Virus record (IMG/VR): IMGVR_UViG_3300043446_002688
From: a virus
Strand: one strand, 5' to 3'
DNA length: 64,000 nucleotides
In this document: positions 45,961 to 55,080 of the stretch, in pieces
Layout: the number at the start of each line of letters is the position of its first letter
Position numbering within the stretch: position 1 is the first letter of the stretch
Notes under the pieces: model-generated
The model's database searches: none
The model's input: the letters and a program-made list of their open reading frames with translations, nothing else
Told to the model about the DNA's origin: nothing
Program-made: the position numbers and the translations under genes

Positions 45961-46062
45961 TCCACGCATGATGAGCACAAAAGCACGAAGTGCAAAAACA
46001 ATGAATATTGGAAATGAATACTTTTTTATTCCATTACAATGATGGATTACTTTTGTATTATA

Positions 46063-46090
46063 TTGCCATTTTTCGGTTTTTGTGTATAAT
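46063..46090 (+). promoter_or_regulatory. Early promoter
   Basis: TTGCCA-16-TATAAT preceded by a motif copy. Confidence 0.8.
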
Positions 46091-46113
46091 GTAATTTTTT
46101 AACGCAGCAGATT

Positions 46114-46281
46114 ATGACACAGCAGAAAATGTATACTTTGGTATTCACTGAGGCAGAATTAGAATTAATTTATGACCAGCTGAATATTGTAGAACTTTAT
46201 GATGATTCTGATGAAAACTTAGAACTTTGTATTTCAATTAATGAAAAAGTATTCAAGGCGAAAGAAAATGAAACAATTTGA
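46114..46281 (+). CDS. Small acidic early protein (55 aa)
   Basis: MTQQKMYTLVFTEAELELIYDQL...; directly after a promoter. Confidence 0.55.
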   Translation: MTQQKMYTLVFTEAELELIYDQLNIVELYDDSDENLELCISINEKVFKAKENETI

Positions 46282-46462
46282 ATTAATTTTTGACGGTGTA
46301 AGTATTGAGTATACAGGATATTTCAAAAGTGAGAAGGATTGTATTACATACACACGAAAGCGTTACAAAACCCATGCGGATGTAATGAAAATTCGTGCAG
46401 TTTACCCAAAACTGGAAAATGTATACTATTCGGTTAAAACAGGAAAGGTTGTGGCAGAATGA
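46268..46462 (+). CDS. Hypothetical protein
   Basis: AAGG RBS, ATG at 46268. Confidence 0.6.
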   Translation: MKQFELIFDGVSIEYTGYFKSEKDCITYTRKRYKTHADVMKIRAVYPKLENVYYSVKTGKVVAE

Positions 46463-46587
46463 TAACTTTGGTATTACATTGTGATGGATATGATGAAAAA
46501 GTAGTATTCCGAGAGGATCAAATGGATCAATTCGTATACACTTTATTGGTTTGTAATAAAAATGGTAACACTTTTGAATTGGAGTAA
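46459..46587 (+). CDS. Small hypothetical protein (42 aa)
   Basis: ATGA overlap. Confidence 0.5.
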   Translation: MITLVLHCDGYDEKVVFREDQMDQFVYTLLVCNKNGNTFELE

Positions 46588-46592
46588 GTAAA

Positions 46593-46793
46593 ATGTCTAA
46601 AATGTCAGAAATTAGTATGATTCTGGGTGAATATGAGGAAAACCTGCACGCCTACGGGCACGCCGATCCGATTGTCGTTGCAATGAAACGAGAACTTTTG
46701 TCTTACGGCATTCAGGATGTGAATGATTTGGTTCGTGGTATTGATGACGAATTTGATACTTTGGTTTTCAACGGTCAGATGGATTTATTCTGA
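46593..46793 (+). CDS. Hypothetical protein
   Basis: GGAG RBS. Confidence 0.7.
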   Translation: MSKMSEISMILGEYEENLHAYGHADPIVVAMKRELLSYGIQDVNDLVRGIDDEFDTLVFNGQMDLF

Positions 46794-46867
46794 GGTAATA
46801 AGATAGTATACACTAACCTGTATACTTTAGTATTCTAGCGAGGTACTGGAGTATTAAAGTATTCAGG

Positions 46868-46895
46868 TTGACAATGAGGTGAAAACCTGTATAAT
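46868..46895 (+). promoter_or_regulatory. Early promoter
   Basis: TTGACA-16-TATAAT with two motif copies upstream. Confidence 0.82.
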
Positions 46896-46922
46896 TGGCA
46901 ACATATTTTGATGAGGTAAAAA

Positions 46923-47183
46923 ATGCGAAATTCAGACATTATGGAAATGGTTGATGAGTTGTTGGATATGGAAGGTGATGTGGTTATCGGTAACCTGACA
47001 TTTTCACGCTCTTACATTGTCAAGAGGTTAGATCCTATCGCTTATCGTGAGATTTGCAACGATGTGGTTTCTTCTCAAATTGAGGACTTGCAGTATGACT
47101 TAGACCGTTTGGATCCTGAGGTAGATGCGGATGAAATTGCAGATATCAAGGAACGCATTGAAGATTTGGAAGGTGCATTTTAA
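46923..47183 (+). CDS. Hypothetical acidic protein
   Basis: GAGG RBS; LDPIAYR. Confidence 0.78.
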   Translation: MRNSDIMEMVDELLDMEGDVVIGNLTFSRSYIVKRLDPIAYREICNDVVSSQIEDLQYDLDRLDPEVDADEIADIKERIEDLEGAF

Positions 47184-47365
47184 TGGATAAGATTACCAAA
47201 GATAAATTGGTGCAAAAGTTGGAATATGCTCAGATGATATTGGCTGAGGTATACGATTATGCCTGCCAAAATGATTTGGATGAGGTAGAGCGTTTGATGT
47301 CATTCGCCGATACCTGCATTTATGACGCTTTGGATGAAATTGAGGTAAAAAATGGGTTGGAATAA
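47183..47365 (+). CDS. Hypothetical protein
   Basis: TAATG overlap. Confidence 0.7.
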   Translation: MDKITKDKLVQKLEYAQMILAEVYDYACQNDLDEVERLMSFADTCIYDALDEIEVKNGLE

Positions 47366-47576
47366 AGATGGACACACGGTCAAGGGTTTATATTTGAAAG
47401 AATATCCCGTGGTTGGTGTTGTGAAAGAATCCCGAGTGAGGTACGGTGGCGAGGTATCTTATTGGTTACAATTGGATGAACCATTGTATTTGTTCAATAC
47501 ATTCCGTGATACGGTGTCATTGAGCGAAGATGAATTGACCCACGATTTTGGAGTATGTGATGCAGAATTATCTTGA
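47352..47576 (+). CDS. Hypothetical SH3-like beta protein
   Basis: GAGG RBS; G.V.ESRV.YGG. Confidence 0.72.
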   Translation: MGWNKDGHTVKGLYLKEYPVVGVVKESRVRYGGEVSYWLQLDEPLYLFNTFRDTVSLSEDELTHDFGVCDAELS

Positions 47577-47880
47577 TAAAATTGTGACCAGTGGCATGGG
47601 TCTTTGGTCGGATAAAATCAAAGAGGTAAAAACTATTGGTTATTCCGTTCCATATACCAATCAGCACAATGATTTTGGTGAGTTGCGGGTTTATTTTGAC
47701 ACAGTGACATGGAATGTGGAATCTGATGGCTTGATTTACACCGACCCAGCATTCTTGGAATCTGTCCGTGTTGCATTTGGTGCCAGTGACATTCATTATT
47801 CTGAGCAAGGTATGCAAGGTGATGATTTTGTGTCGTTTGATGTTGGTCCTGGTTTTTTGAATATGTATGAAGGCGCATAA
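47560..47880 (+). CDS. Conserved phage protein
   Basis: G.GLWS...W....GLIYTD...YSEQGMQG. Confidence 0.78.
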   Translation: MQNYLDKIVTSGMGLWSDKIKEVKTIGYSVPYTNQHNDFGELRVYFDTVTWNVESDGLIYTDPAFLESVRVAFGASDIHYSEQGMQGDDFVSFDVGPGFLNMYEGA

Positions 47881-47883
47881 TAA

Positions 47884-48075
47884 ATGAAGCGAGGTAAGTT
47901 TTCCGTTGATACCATTGAGGTAGAAGTCCAGCATTTTCTTGAGGTAACAAAATCCTCTGATGATGCAGGTGAGTACCTACTATCACAATTGGTGTATATT
48001 GTAGGTGAACTGCCAAAAAAGAAGCAGGTAGAATTTTTGAATGGTTTAATTAATGCAAAACAGGAGTTAATATAA
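47884..48075 (+). CDS. Hypothetical protein
   Basis: ORF in operon. Confidence 0.68.
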   Translation: MKRGKFSVDTIEVEVQHFLEVTKSSDDAGEYLLSQLVYIVGELPKKKQVEFLNGLINAKQELI

Positions 48076-48263
48076 TGGAAAATGTGAATACAACTTTTTG
48101 GGATATGATGCTGTTTGAATTGTCAGGCAATAAATTCAATAATTATGGTTTGAATGTATTGGCTCAAACCCAGTGCGGTAAGGTATTGAGTGCAACCGAG
48201 CACACCTTGCTTACCAATCGTTTGTATACCCCGACCGTGATGGAGCGATTTGCGGCAAAATAA
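48075..48263 (+). CDS. Hypothetical protein
   Basis: AGGAG RBS. Confidence 0.68.
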   Translation: MENVNTTFWDMMLFELSGNKFNNYGLNVLAQTQCGKVLSATEHTLLTNRLYTPTVMERFAAK

Positions 48264-48300
48264 TACTTGACCGGATTGGTTGTAATACTTTGGTATTAGG

Positions 48301-48328
48301 TTGCCAAAACCTAGGAATCGTGTATAAT
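48301..48328 (+). promoter_or_regulatory. Early promoter
   Basis: TAATACTTTGGTATTA-GG-TTGCCA-16-TATAAT. Confidence 0.85.
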
Positions 48329-48350
48329 AGATGTTTTGATTGGAGATATT

Positions 48351-48866
48351 ATGGAATTTGTGACTTCTGGTAACCCTACGGCATCGGCATTGTATTTGGT
48401 CGACCGTGACAAGCAAGGCAAGGCATATCGTTGGTACAATGCAGAAACCGACCAATGGGGTATGTGTGGTATTGATATGAATGATGCCTTAGACAATAAA
48501 GACAAAACCGCCGTTGGTTTCTTCCCATGGTGCGGTCCATTGACTGGTCCTAAGTTTAACGCTAAATCACCTGTGTTTGTGGTGAGTGATGAGGTGCCAG
48601 TTAAGGCAAAGGCTGCGAGCAAGAAAATGGCAAAACAGCGAGGTGCTGCTAAGTTAGTTGTCACACAGGTTGGCAACACCAAGGTTGGTTCTATTGTCAG
48701 AGGTGACAAAACCGTGCATCCTGATGGCACCGTGTTCTATCGTGCCGACCGTAATAAGTGGATTGCTATGTGGAATGGCAAGCAAGAAGCTGCCCGTCCT
48801 ACACCTGAAGCCTGCTTGGCATTCTTGAAGAAGAAATACAACCACGATGGGATTGTTTTGAAATGA
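48351..48866 (+). CDS. Hypothetical protein
   Basis: GGAG RBS. Confidence 0.8.
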   Translation: MEFVTSGNPTASALYLVDRDKQGKAYRWYNAETDQWGMCGIDMNDALDNKDKTAVGFFPWCGPLTGPKFNAKSPVFVVSDEVPVKAKAASKKMAKQRGAAKLVVTQVGNTKVGSIVRGDKTVHPDGTVFYRADRNKWIAMWNGKQEAARPTPEACLAFLKKKYNHDGIVLK

Positions 48867-49054
48867 AAATACACACCGTTGGATTATGTGATGATGATGC
48901 CGATGGTGTCATTAACTTTTCTTGGACAAAAAAACAAACTGGTATTAGTGTTCAATTAGAGGATATCTTTGGTAATGTGGTTGACGCCTCATTCTACAAA
49001 AAAGATTTGGTTAAAACCTTGAAACAATTATTGAACAAGTTGGAACAGGAGTAA
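48863..49054 (+). CDS. Hypothetical protein
   Basis: ATGA overlap. Confidence 0.65.
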   Translation: MKIHTVGLCDDDADGVINFSWTKKQTGISVQLEDIFGNVVDASFYKKDLVKTLKQLLNKLEQE

Positions 49055-49056
49055 AG

Positions 49057-49449
49057 ATGGGTTTAGATATGTTTGTTTGGCGGGTTGCTGCCAATGATGT
49101 GATTGATGACCTTACCATCCGTGGTGATGAAGATGGCCGTGAGCGTGATATTGAAGAATTGTGGTATTGGCGTAAGCACCATGACCTGCATGGTTGGATG
49201 GAGAAATTGTACCGCAACAAAGGCGGTACAGCACAAACATTTAATTGTGAAAAGGTTCGGTTGTATCCACATGATTTGGATGCCTTACAGTTTGACCTAT
49301 TGAATAATATGTTGCCCCAAACCACTGGTTTCTTCTTTGGTGATAATCCACCAGATAATGAATCGCTGAGCAATGATTTGAAATTCATTCAGGCGGCTCG
49401 TGATGCCATTGCTGCAGGCGATGCCGTTTATTATGATTCGTGGTGGTAA
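49057..49449 (+). CDS. Widespread phage protein (GLD...YWRK family)
   Basis: MGLDM...WYWRKHHDLHGWM...YYDSWW. Confidence 0.85.
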   Translation: MGLDMFVWRVAANDVIDDLTIRGDEDGRERDIEELWYWRKHHDLHGWMEKLYRNKGGTAQTFNCEKVRLYPHDLDALQFDLLNNMLPQTTGFFFGDNPPDNESLSNDLKFIQAARDAIAAGDAVYYDSWW

Positions 49450-49626
49450 ATGCAAGGACACAATTTCAATCGTACCATGCAAGCCAAGGGTATGTTTGTA
49501 TATTGTGGCCGATGTGGGTTGATTAGACTAGGCAATCGTGCAACACAAAAGGCCATTAACAAACCATGCAATGGCCTCCGTGATTTAGATGATGATGAAT
49601 ATTTGAAATTGAAAGGCAAGAAATGA
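49450..49626 (+). CDS. Small His/Cys protein (58 aa)
   Basis: GH...CGRCG...KPC; coupled to both neighbours. Confidence 0.6.
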   Translation: MQGHNFNRTMQAKGMFVYCGRCGLIRLGNRATQKAINKPCNGLRDLDDDEYLKLKGKK

Positions 49627-49847
49627 CCAAACGCAAATTACCGTTTGATTGTATGATTCTGGATACCGAACCAGTTGAAGTGAAAAACCCATTTTCAGGC
49701 CAGTCCTGTATGTTGGAACCTGATGCCGTGGCCGTGTATGATTGTATCAGCGGTGCCAATATGATTGGTGATTATAAAACCGTCCGTAAGGGTTTGGATT
49801 GGTTTCGTAAGTATTTCCCTGAGGAATACATGGTGTTGTTGGATTAA
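49623..49847 (+). CDS. Conserved phage protein
   Basis: V.NPFSG....L...AVAVYD.I.G...GLDWF. Confidence 0.78.
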   Translation: MTKRKLPFDCMILDTEPVEVKNPFSGQSCMLEPDAVAVYDCISGANMIGDYKTVRKGLDWFRKYFPEEYMVLLD

Positions 49848-49858
49848 TGGAGATTTTT

Positions 49859-50074
49859 ATGAATGAATTGTTGACCAAAGAATATGACCAAGGTTATGAG
49901 GACGGTTACACCGCTGGTGAGAACATGAACCCATACGATTTTGATTCGGTTGAGTTTGCTCAGTATGAGGAAGGTTACACCGATGGCATGGACCAATACA
50001 TTCGTGAAAACGATTTGTATGATGGTCAACCAACAGAGCAAATGGAATGGCATGATTTTGATCCAGATTGTTAA
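49859..50074 (+). CDS. Small acidic protein
   Basis: GGAG RBS; EQ.EWHDFDPDC. Confidence 0.72.
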   Translation: MNELLTKEYDQGYEDGYTAGENMNPYDFDSVEFAQYEEGYTDGMDQYIRENDLYDGQPTEQMEWHDFDPDC

Positions 50075-50142
50075 TCATGGCCGTCCTAATCATTTTATTA
50101 ATTGAGTTTGGTATCCGAATGTAAGTTTACCACAATTGGGGC

Positions 50143-50170
50143 TTGCCATGGTTTACCATCGGCATATAAT
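50143..50170 (+). promoter_or_regulatory. Early promoter
   Basis: TTGCCA-16-TATAAT. Confidence 0.75.
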
Positions 50171-50202
50171 CCACGGTGTAGCCCCTTTGATGAGGATTAA
50201 TT

Positions 50203-50409
50203 ATGGAAGTTTTGGATATCTTATGGTTTACCAATATGTTTGGATGTGTTGGTATTGCAAGGACTGATGATGAATATAATGGCATCCGCTATTATATCAG
50301 TTATGTACCAGGTTTGAATGTTGATGAAGATACTGAGCGTGTTGCACAGTATGGTTCCACATTCCCTAAGGATGCTGGTGATGCTTTGTTTGGTATAAAA
50401 GGTGAATGA
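50203..50409 (+). CDS. Hypothetical protein
   Basis: GAGGA RBS. Confidence 0.72.
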   Translation: MEVLDILWFTNMFGCVGIARTDDEYNGIRYYISYVPGLNVDEDTERVAQYGSTFPKDAGDALFGIKGE

Positions 50410-50824
50410 TATGTTTGATGATTTTGATGCTCAGGGTTACACAATCAATTATGAAAAGGTATTGGAATCGGATGATATGTCATCCGTTACCAAGTTATTG
50501 GCACTTAAACTAATGAAAACACCATATATGTCAGTTGGTGATTTTCTACAATCATTGAGTGATAGTGATGTTGAATCAATGGTGCAAATGCTTGAATCCA
50601 AAGAAAAACGGCTCGATGATATTCTTATTATCTCTGAAATGTTGGCAACAGCAGAAGGTTTGGATGGTGCTGCCGATTTGGATGTGTTTATTGACCGAAG
50701 TAATCAACTTACAGGTTTCATTATCATTGAATCATTGAAACGCAAAGGTTTGGTAAAAGTGTATTATGAGAATATGTCCTTTGGTGAGGAACTTGGTGAT
50801 AAAGTTGTTGTGGAGAGAATCTAA
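50402..50824 (+). CDS. Hypothetical acidic protein
   Basis: 140 aa ORF. Confidence 0.78.
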   Translation: MNDMFDDFDAQGYTINYEKVLESDDMSSVTKLLALKLMKTPYMSVGDFLQSLSDSDVESMVQMLESKEKRLDDILIISEMLATAEGLDGAADLDVFIDRSNQLTGFIIIESLKRKGLVKVYYENMSFGEELGDKVVVERI

Positions 50825-51114
50825 TGTGGCGTAAGAAACAAATTGCCGATAAAGTGGCAGAAGATATTGATGGCGATACAATACCAGAGATTGTATTTGC
50901 ACCTGGTTGTTTTGACCATTTTGAAGGCACACAGGAAGAATTGGATGCCTTGAAGGCGGAGATTATGGAAATGTTTGCAGGCAAAACATCCAAACAACTT
51001 ATGTCAGAAACACGATTGTTGAGTGCTGAAGATATTATGGATATGCCTGAAGAAGTGCAACAACAAATTGTTGATGCTTTGAATGGTGTTGACACCACAC
51101 GGAAATTACATTGA
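50824..51114 (+). CDS. Hypothetical protein
   Basis: FAPGCFDHFEGTQEELD. Confidence 0.78.
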   Translation: MWRKKQIADKVAEDIDGDTIPEIVFAPGCFDHFEGTQEELDALKAEIMEMFAGKTSKQLMSETRLLSAEDIMDMPEEVQQQIVDALNGVDTTRKLH

Positions 51115-51249
51115 AAAAGATTTTTGATTTTTTGGATAAATGGCTCAGTCCATCCAAACAGGTCACCGATGGTGAAGATGTTGCCGATACATTGGTGTTA
51201 TTCGCCATTATTGTGCTTTTGTTAGTTGTTGCATTAAAGTGAGAATATT

Positions 51250-51447
51250 ATGGATTTAGAATTATCATATGCGGAAGACTTCACCTTGGATTCGGCACTC
51301 CGTTTCCTGCTAGGTCAACCATGGAATATTGACGATGATATATGTCACCTAGACCGTCAGGGGTTAGACGGAGACCTCATTTGGTTGACTACCAGAGTCC
51401 TATTTGGTCCCGCCACCGTCCACCTTGCTACGGGTGTTGCAGTATAA
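51250..51447 (+). CDS. Hypothetical protein
   Basis: 65 aa ORF. Confidence 0.6.
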   Translation: MDLELSYAEDFTLDSALRFLLGQPWNIDDDICHLDRQGLDGDLIWLTTRVLFGPATVHLATGVAV

Positions 51448-51483
51448 TAGTTGACCTCCATAATGGAGAACTAAAGTATTAGG

Positions 51484-51511
51484 TTGCCATTTTGCGTGGT
51501 TGTGTTAGAAT
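51484..51511 (+). promoter_or_regulatory. Early promoter
   Basis: AAAGTATT-AGG-TTGCCA-16-TAGAAT. Confidence 0.78.
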
Positions 51512-51539
51512 ACTTGTATTGATTGATTAGGACACACAC

Positions 51540-52424
51540 ATGACACAAGTTACATTCGTAAACGGCAAATATCAGGCAATTATCAACGGCAAAACTGTTA
51601 AACGCACCAAAAAAGAGCACATGGATTATGTGTTGCGTAAAGCAGGTGTGCAAGGTAGTGCCGCTGAAGCGTCCACACCACAAGAATCCCGTTTCTCTAT
51701 CAATGAGCGTTTTGGTTTCGTTGGTGACATGGTAACCATGTTGTGCAAAGGTGCTCAACCCTCTGTTATTATCACTGGTCCTGGTGGTCTTGGTAAGTCC
51801 TATACCGTGACCAAAACACTAGAAGCCAATGGTTTCAAAGATATGTCCATTCTGGATGATTCGTTTGAAGTTGGCACCAAGACTGCCAAAAACAAATTCG
51901 TTGTTGTCAAAGGTTATTCTACACCTAAAGGTTTGTACCGTTTGTTGTATGAAAACAAAGATGGCGTGATTGTGTTTGATGATTGTGATTCCGTATTGAA
52001 AGATCCAGTATCTTTGAACCTGTTAAAAGGTGCATTGGATTCTTATTCACGCCGTATCATTTCATGGCGTGCCGATATCAAAGACGAAGATTTGCCTACA
52101 ACCTTTGAATTCAAAGGCCGTGTGGTGTTTATCTCCAATTTGGCGTCAACACAAATTGACCAAGCAATTATCACCCGTTCTATGGCCGTGGACCTGTCCA
52201 TGACCACACAACAAAAGGTAGAGCGTATGCGCTTTATTCTCCAATCTGGTGAATTCATGCCTACAACCAACAAACAATTCAAAGATGATGCCATTGCATT
52301 GATTGAAGAATTGCAAGACAAAGTGAAAGAGTTGTCGCTGCGTACCTTGATTCAGGTAACAAAAATCCGTGCCAATGCAGGTGCCAATTGGCGTAACCTT
52401 GCTGAGTATACAATCTGTGGTTAA
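51540..52424 (+). CDS. P-loop AAA-type NTPase
   Basis: GPGGLGKS, VFDDCD, FISN. Confidence 0.85.
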   Translation: MTQVTFVNGKYQAIINGKTVKRTKKEHMDYVLRKAGVQGSAAEASTPQESRFSINERFGFVGDMVTMLCKGAQPSVIITGPGGLGKSYTVTKTLEANGFKDMSILDDSFEVGTKTAKNKFVVVKGYSTPKGLYRLLYENKDGVIVFDDCDSVLKDPVSLNLLKGALDSYSRRIISWRADIKDEDLPTTFEFKGRVVFISNLASTQIDQAIITRSMAVDLSMTTQQKVERMRFILQSGEFMPTTNKQFKDDAIALIEELQDKVKELSLRTLIQVTKIRANAGANWRNLAEYTICG

Positions 52425-52520
52425 TCAGGTAACACAATTCATAGGCATCACATTCGGCATCATATTAATGGTTGCTGGTGTGGTGTTTTGGTTAAGTTTG
52501 GTTAATTTTTGGAGTAAGTA

Positions 52521-52802
52521 ATGAAAGTTGTAATTAATAAATGCTATGGTGGTTTTGGCATTTCTGAAATGGGTCAAGACCTTTACAAAGAACGCAAAGG
52601 CATCACCGATCCAGATTGGTACTATCGTGATGTTGAACGAAATGATCCTGTTTTGATTGAATTGATTGAACAGTATGGTGATGCCATTAATGGAAGGTAT
52701 GCCGATTTGAGAATTGTGGAAATTCCAGATGGCGTTGAATGGCAAATTGAAGAATATGATGGCAATGAATGGATTGCTGAGAAACATAGGACATGGACAT
52801 GA
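52521..52802 (+). CDS. Conserved phage protein
   Basis: VVINKCYGGF.S...R.DP.L...W.IEEYDG.E. Confidence 0.82.
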   Translation: MKVVINKCYGGFGISEMGQDLYKERKGITDPDWYYRDVERNDPVLIELIEQYGDAINGRYADLRIVEIPDGVEWQIEEYDGNEWIAEKHRTWT

Positions 52803-53203
52803 CAAGTTTAGTATTGATTCGTGGTTTGCCTGGTTCAGGTAAATCCACCATTGCTAAGAACCTGATTGGTTGGTATTGGCACGTTGAGACTGACCAGTTT
52901 TGGATGGTTGATGGTGAATACAAATTTGATATGTCTCGTATCAAAGAAGCACACCAATGGTGCCAAGATAAAACTAAATCAATGTTGAATATGGGACAAT
53001 CTGTTGTGGTGTCCAATACATTCACCACAGCTTTTGAGTTGTTGCCTTACTTTGACATTGCAAAAGAGTTTGGTATTAAACCACAGGTTCTATTGGCACA
53101 AGGACAGTTTGGAAATATCCATAATGTACCTGAAGAAGTGTTGACTAAAATGGCCGCACGGTTTGAATATAACATTGACCACTTATTTGCGAGGTTGTTA
53201 TGA
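52793..53203 (+). CDS. P-loop kinase (AAA_33/polynucleotide kinase-like)
   Basis: IRGLPGSGKST, VVSNT, HNVP. Confidence 0.85.
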   Translation: MDMTSLVLIRGLPGSGKSTIAKNLIGWYWHVETDQFWMVDGEYKFDMSRIKEAHQWCQDKTKSMLNMGQSVVVSNTFTTAFELLPYFDIAKEFGIKPQVLLAQGQFGNIHNVPEEVLTKMAARFEYNIDHLFARLL

Positions 53204-53397
53204 CAGTTATTAAATCAGATATTGATACATGGTTGTTATCATTGCTTGGTCGCCAAGAATTGGTTGAGCAATGGTGGACAGGTTCAAACTTCCATTTTGG
53301 AATGAAAACACCACTTGAAGTTTATCAAGGCACGGATGAACAGCGTGAAAGTGTTATTCGTTATGTGCGTTCGTTTGTGCAAGGAGATTATAGTTAA
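53200..53397 (+). CDS. Xre/MbcA/ParS antitoxin C-terminal-domain-like protein
   Basis: LLG...V.QWW...N..F...TP.E...V..Y pattern. Confidence 0.55.
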   Translation: MTVIKSDIDTWLLSLLGRQELVEQWWTGSNFHFGMKTPLEVYQGTDEQRESVIRYVRSFVQGDYS

Positions 53398-53972
53398 TGT
53401 TTGTCTTTGATGTTGAAACACTTGGTAAGAAATCCGATTCGGTCATTCTATCAATGGCCGCTATCTATTTCAATCCTGATGAAAAGCCATCACCACAACA
53501 AATGCGTGATGATGCTTTCTATGCCAAGTTTGATGTTAAAGACCAACATACACGATTGAACCGGCACATGGGCAAGTCCACTATGGAATGGTGGAAGAAA
53601 CAATGCGACAATGTGAAAAAGGTTTCATTTGTGCCTAATGAGATTGATTGTGTGTTTGAGGATGGTTATGAAGCCATGCGTAAATGGGCAGAATCAAAGA
53701 ATGATCCAAAATGTTGGGTGTGGGCTCGTGGTAACTTAGACCAATTGGTGTTGGATGATATTGAAGAGCAATGTGGTTTGACACCAATATGGTATTTCAA
53801 TCGTTGGCGTGATGTAAGAACTGCTGTTGATTTTCTATACAACACACAAGATGGTTATACTGATGTGGATTATCCAGGTTGGAATTCAAAGATGGAAATT
53901 ACCAAACATAATCCAATTGATGATTGTTTGTTGGACGCCATGATGTTGGTGTATGGAGTGAAACATGAATGA
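53397..53972 (+). CDS. DEDDh 3'-5' exonuclease (Rv2179c/ExoVIII-N-like)
   Basis: FDVET, W.RG..D, RDVRT, HNPIDD. Confidence 0.85.
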   Translation: MFVFDVETLGKKSDSVILSMAAIYFNPDEKPSPQQMRDDAFYAKFDVKDQHTRLNRHMGKSTMEWWKKQCDNVKKVSFVPNEIDCVFEDGYEAMRKWAESKNDPKCWVWARGNLDQLVLDDIEEQCGLTPIWYFNRWRDVRTAVDFLYNTQDGYTDVDYPGWNSKMEITKHNPIDDCLLDAMMLVYGVKHE

Positions 53973-54171
53973 ACGAATTAAACAACTTGCTGAACAGGCT
54001 CAACAATATGCTGAGTATATAACTCCACAAGGGTGTGAATGGTTTGACACATTCAAGGAAAAGTTCGCCGAGTTGATTGTTCGGGAATGTGCCGATGTTG
54101 CTACTGTTAATCAATATCAAGCCTTCTCAGCCGGTCACTATGTTAAGAAACATTTTGGAGTTGAAGAATGA
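53965..54171 (+). CDS. Hypothetical protein (MNERIKQLA family)
   Basis: KFAELIVREC. Confidence 0.75.
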   Translation: MNERIKQLAEQAQQYAEYITPQGCEWFDTFKEKFAELIVRECADVATVNQYQAFSAGHYVKKHFGVEE

Positions 54172-54395
54172 ACCAACTAATTAAAGAATTGGCCTTAGAG
54201 GCAGGCGGTAGTCACTACCCTGATGTAAACACAAAGCAATTAATTTATTTTGCTGAGTTGATTATCAAAGAGTGCAACAAGGCCGTATTGGAAGTTCCAT
54301 GTTATTACAAAGACTATCGTAGTCAAATTGAAGAAGCTGTGATTAAAGATTGTGCTCGTGCTATATTAGAACGATTTGAGATGGACGATGTTTGA
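54168..54395 (+). CDS. Hypothetical protein, paralogue of the previous gene
   Basis: MNQLIKELA...FAELIIKEC. Confidence 0.75.
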   Translation: MNQLIKELALEAGGSHYPDVNTKQLIYFAELIIKECNKAVLEVPCYYKDYRSQIEEAVIKDCARAILERFEMDDV

Positions 54396-54510
54396 TGTAA
54401 TCTCAACTATATTGAAATACATTGCCTATTTCTTGGTTACATTTCTTTGGATTTTGTTTTTGATACCTCTTGTGTATCATATTGTAAATTGGATAGGTAA
54501 ATTGTTATGA
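54388..54510 (+). CDS. Small membrane peptide (40 aa)
   Basis: Hydrophobic; overlaps both neighbours. Confidence 0.5.
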   Translation: MFDVISTILKYIAYFLVTFLWILFLIPLVYHIVNWIGKLL

Positions 54511-54788
54511 AAAAACTTTTAATTGTAATGTTTGTATTGGCCTTAACTGCTTGCGGTAAACATTCAAGTGATACAACCGCATTTGCATCCGATACTGATG
54601 ATGTGATTGTTTTGAATGCCTGTTTACAACGTGAATTGTTCAATGAGTGTATGAAGGCATTACCAGCAGGACCACAAGCAACCAAATACAATGATTGGGA
54701 CGAAGTTGTTTCTGAATGCCGCCAAGGCGCAAGATATATGGCCAAGCGTGCTCGCAGGTTTGTACCACCAGAGTGTGAAGGACAATAA
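54507..54788 (+). CDS. Lipoprotein
   Basis: Lipobox LTAC; four further Cys. Confidence 0.8.
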   Translation: MKKLLIVMFVLALTACGKHSSDTTAFASDTDDVIVLNACLQRELFNECMKALPAGPQATKYNDWDEVVSECRQGARYMAKRARRFVPPECEGQ

Positions 54789-54986
54789 ATGCGGTGGAAA
54801 GATAAGACAGTCTACCAGATTGGTGACCATAGGGAACGCTTTCCATTCGCATGGACACCCACCAGAGCAGGTGATTATACAGTATGGTTGGAACGATACT
54901 GGATCAAAGAGAAACTCATAGGAATCGCCTATGTGAAAGAGATGTGGGCGGAGGTTGACAGGTCGACCGCCTGTTATTACTACTAA
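54789..54986 (+). CDS. Hypothetical protein
   Basis: RFPFAWTP...VWLERY. Confidence 0.68.
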   Translation: MRWKDKTVYQIGDHRERFPFAWTPTRAGDYTVWLERYWIKEKLIGIAYVKEMWAEVDRSTACYYY

Positions 54987-55018
54987 AGTATTACTGTTGT
55001 AAACCTACAACAAAACAC

Positions 55019-55046
55019 TTGCCATTTGGCATGGTTCCGTTATAAT
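55019..55046 (+). promoter_or_regulatory. Promoter for rIIA
   Basis: TTGCCA-16-TATAAT. Confidence 0.78.
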
Positions 55047-55080
55047 TGATGTTTTGATTGATTGATATAAGGCATTTGTA

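Larger units (their letters stand above)
44275..48298. repeat. Dispersed pseudo-palindrome AATAC-N4-GTATT (at least 11 copies)
   Basis: Copies at 44275, 45625, 45659, 45722, 45768, 45914, 46016, 46046, 46132, 46821, 46851, 48283. Confidence 0.75.

Noticed and set aside
49262-49270. Isolated DnaA-box-like GTATCCACA
   Set aside because: Single mismatched copy inside a CDS, expected by chance
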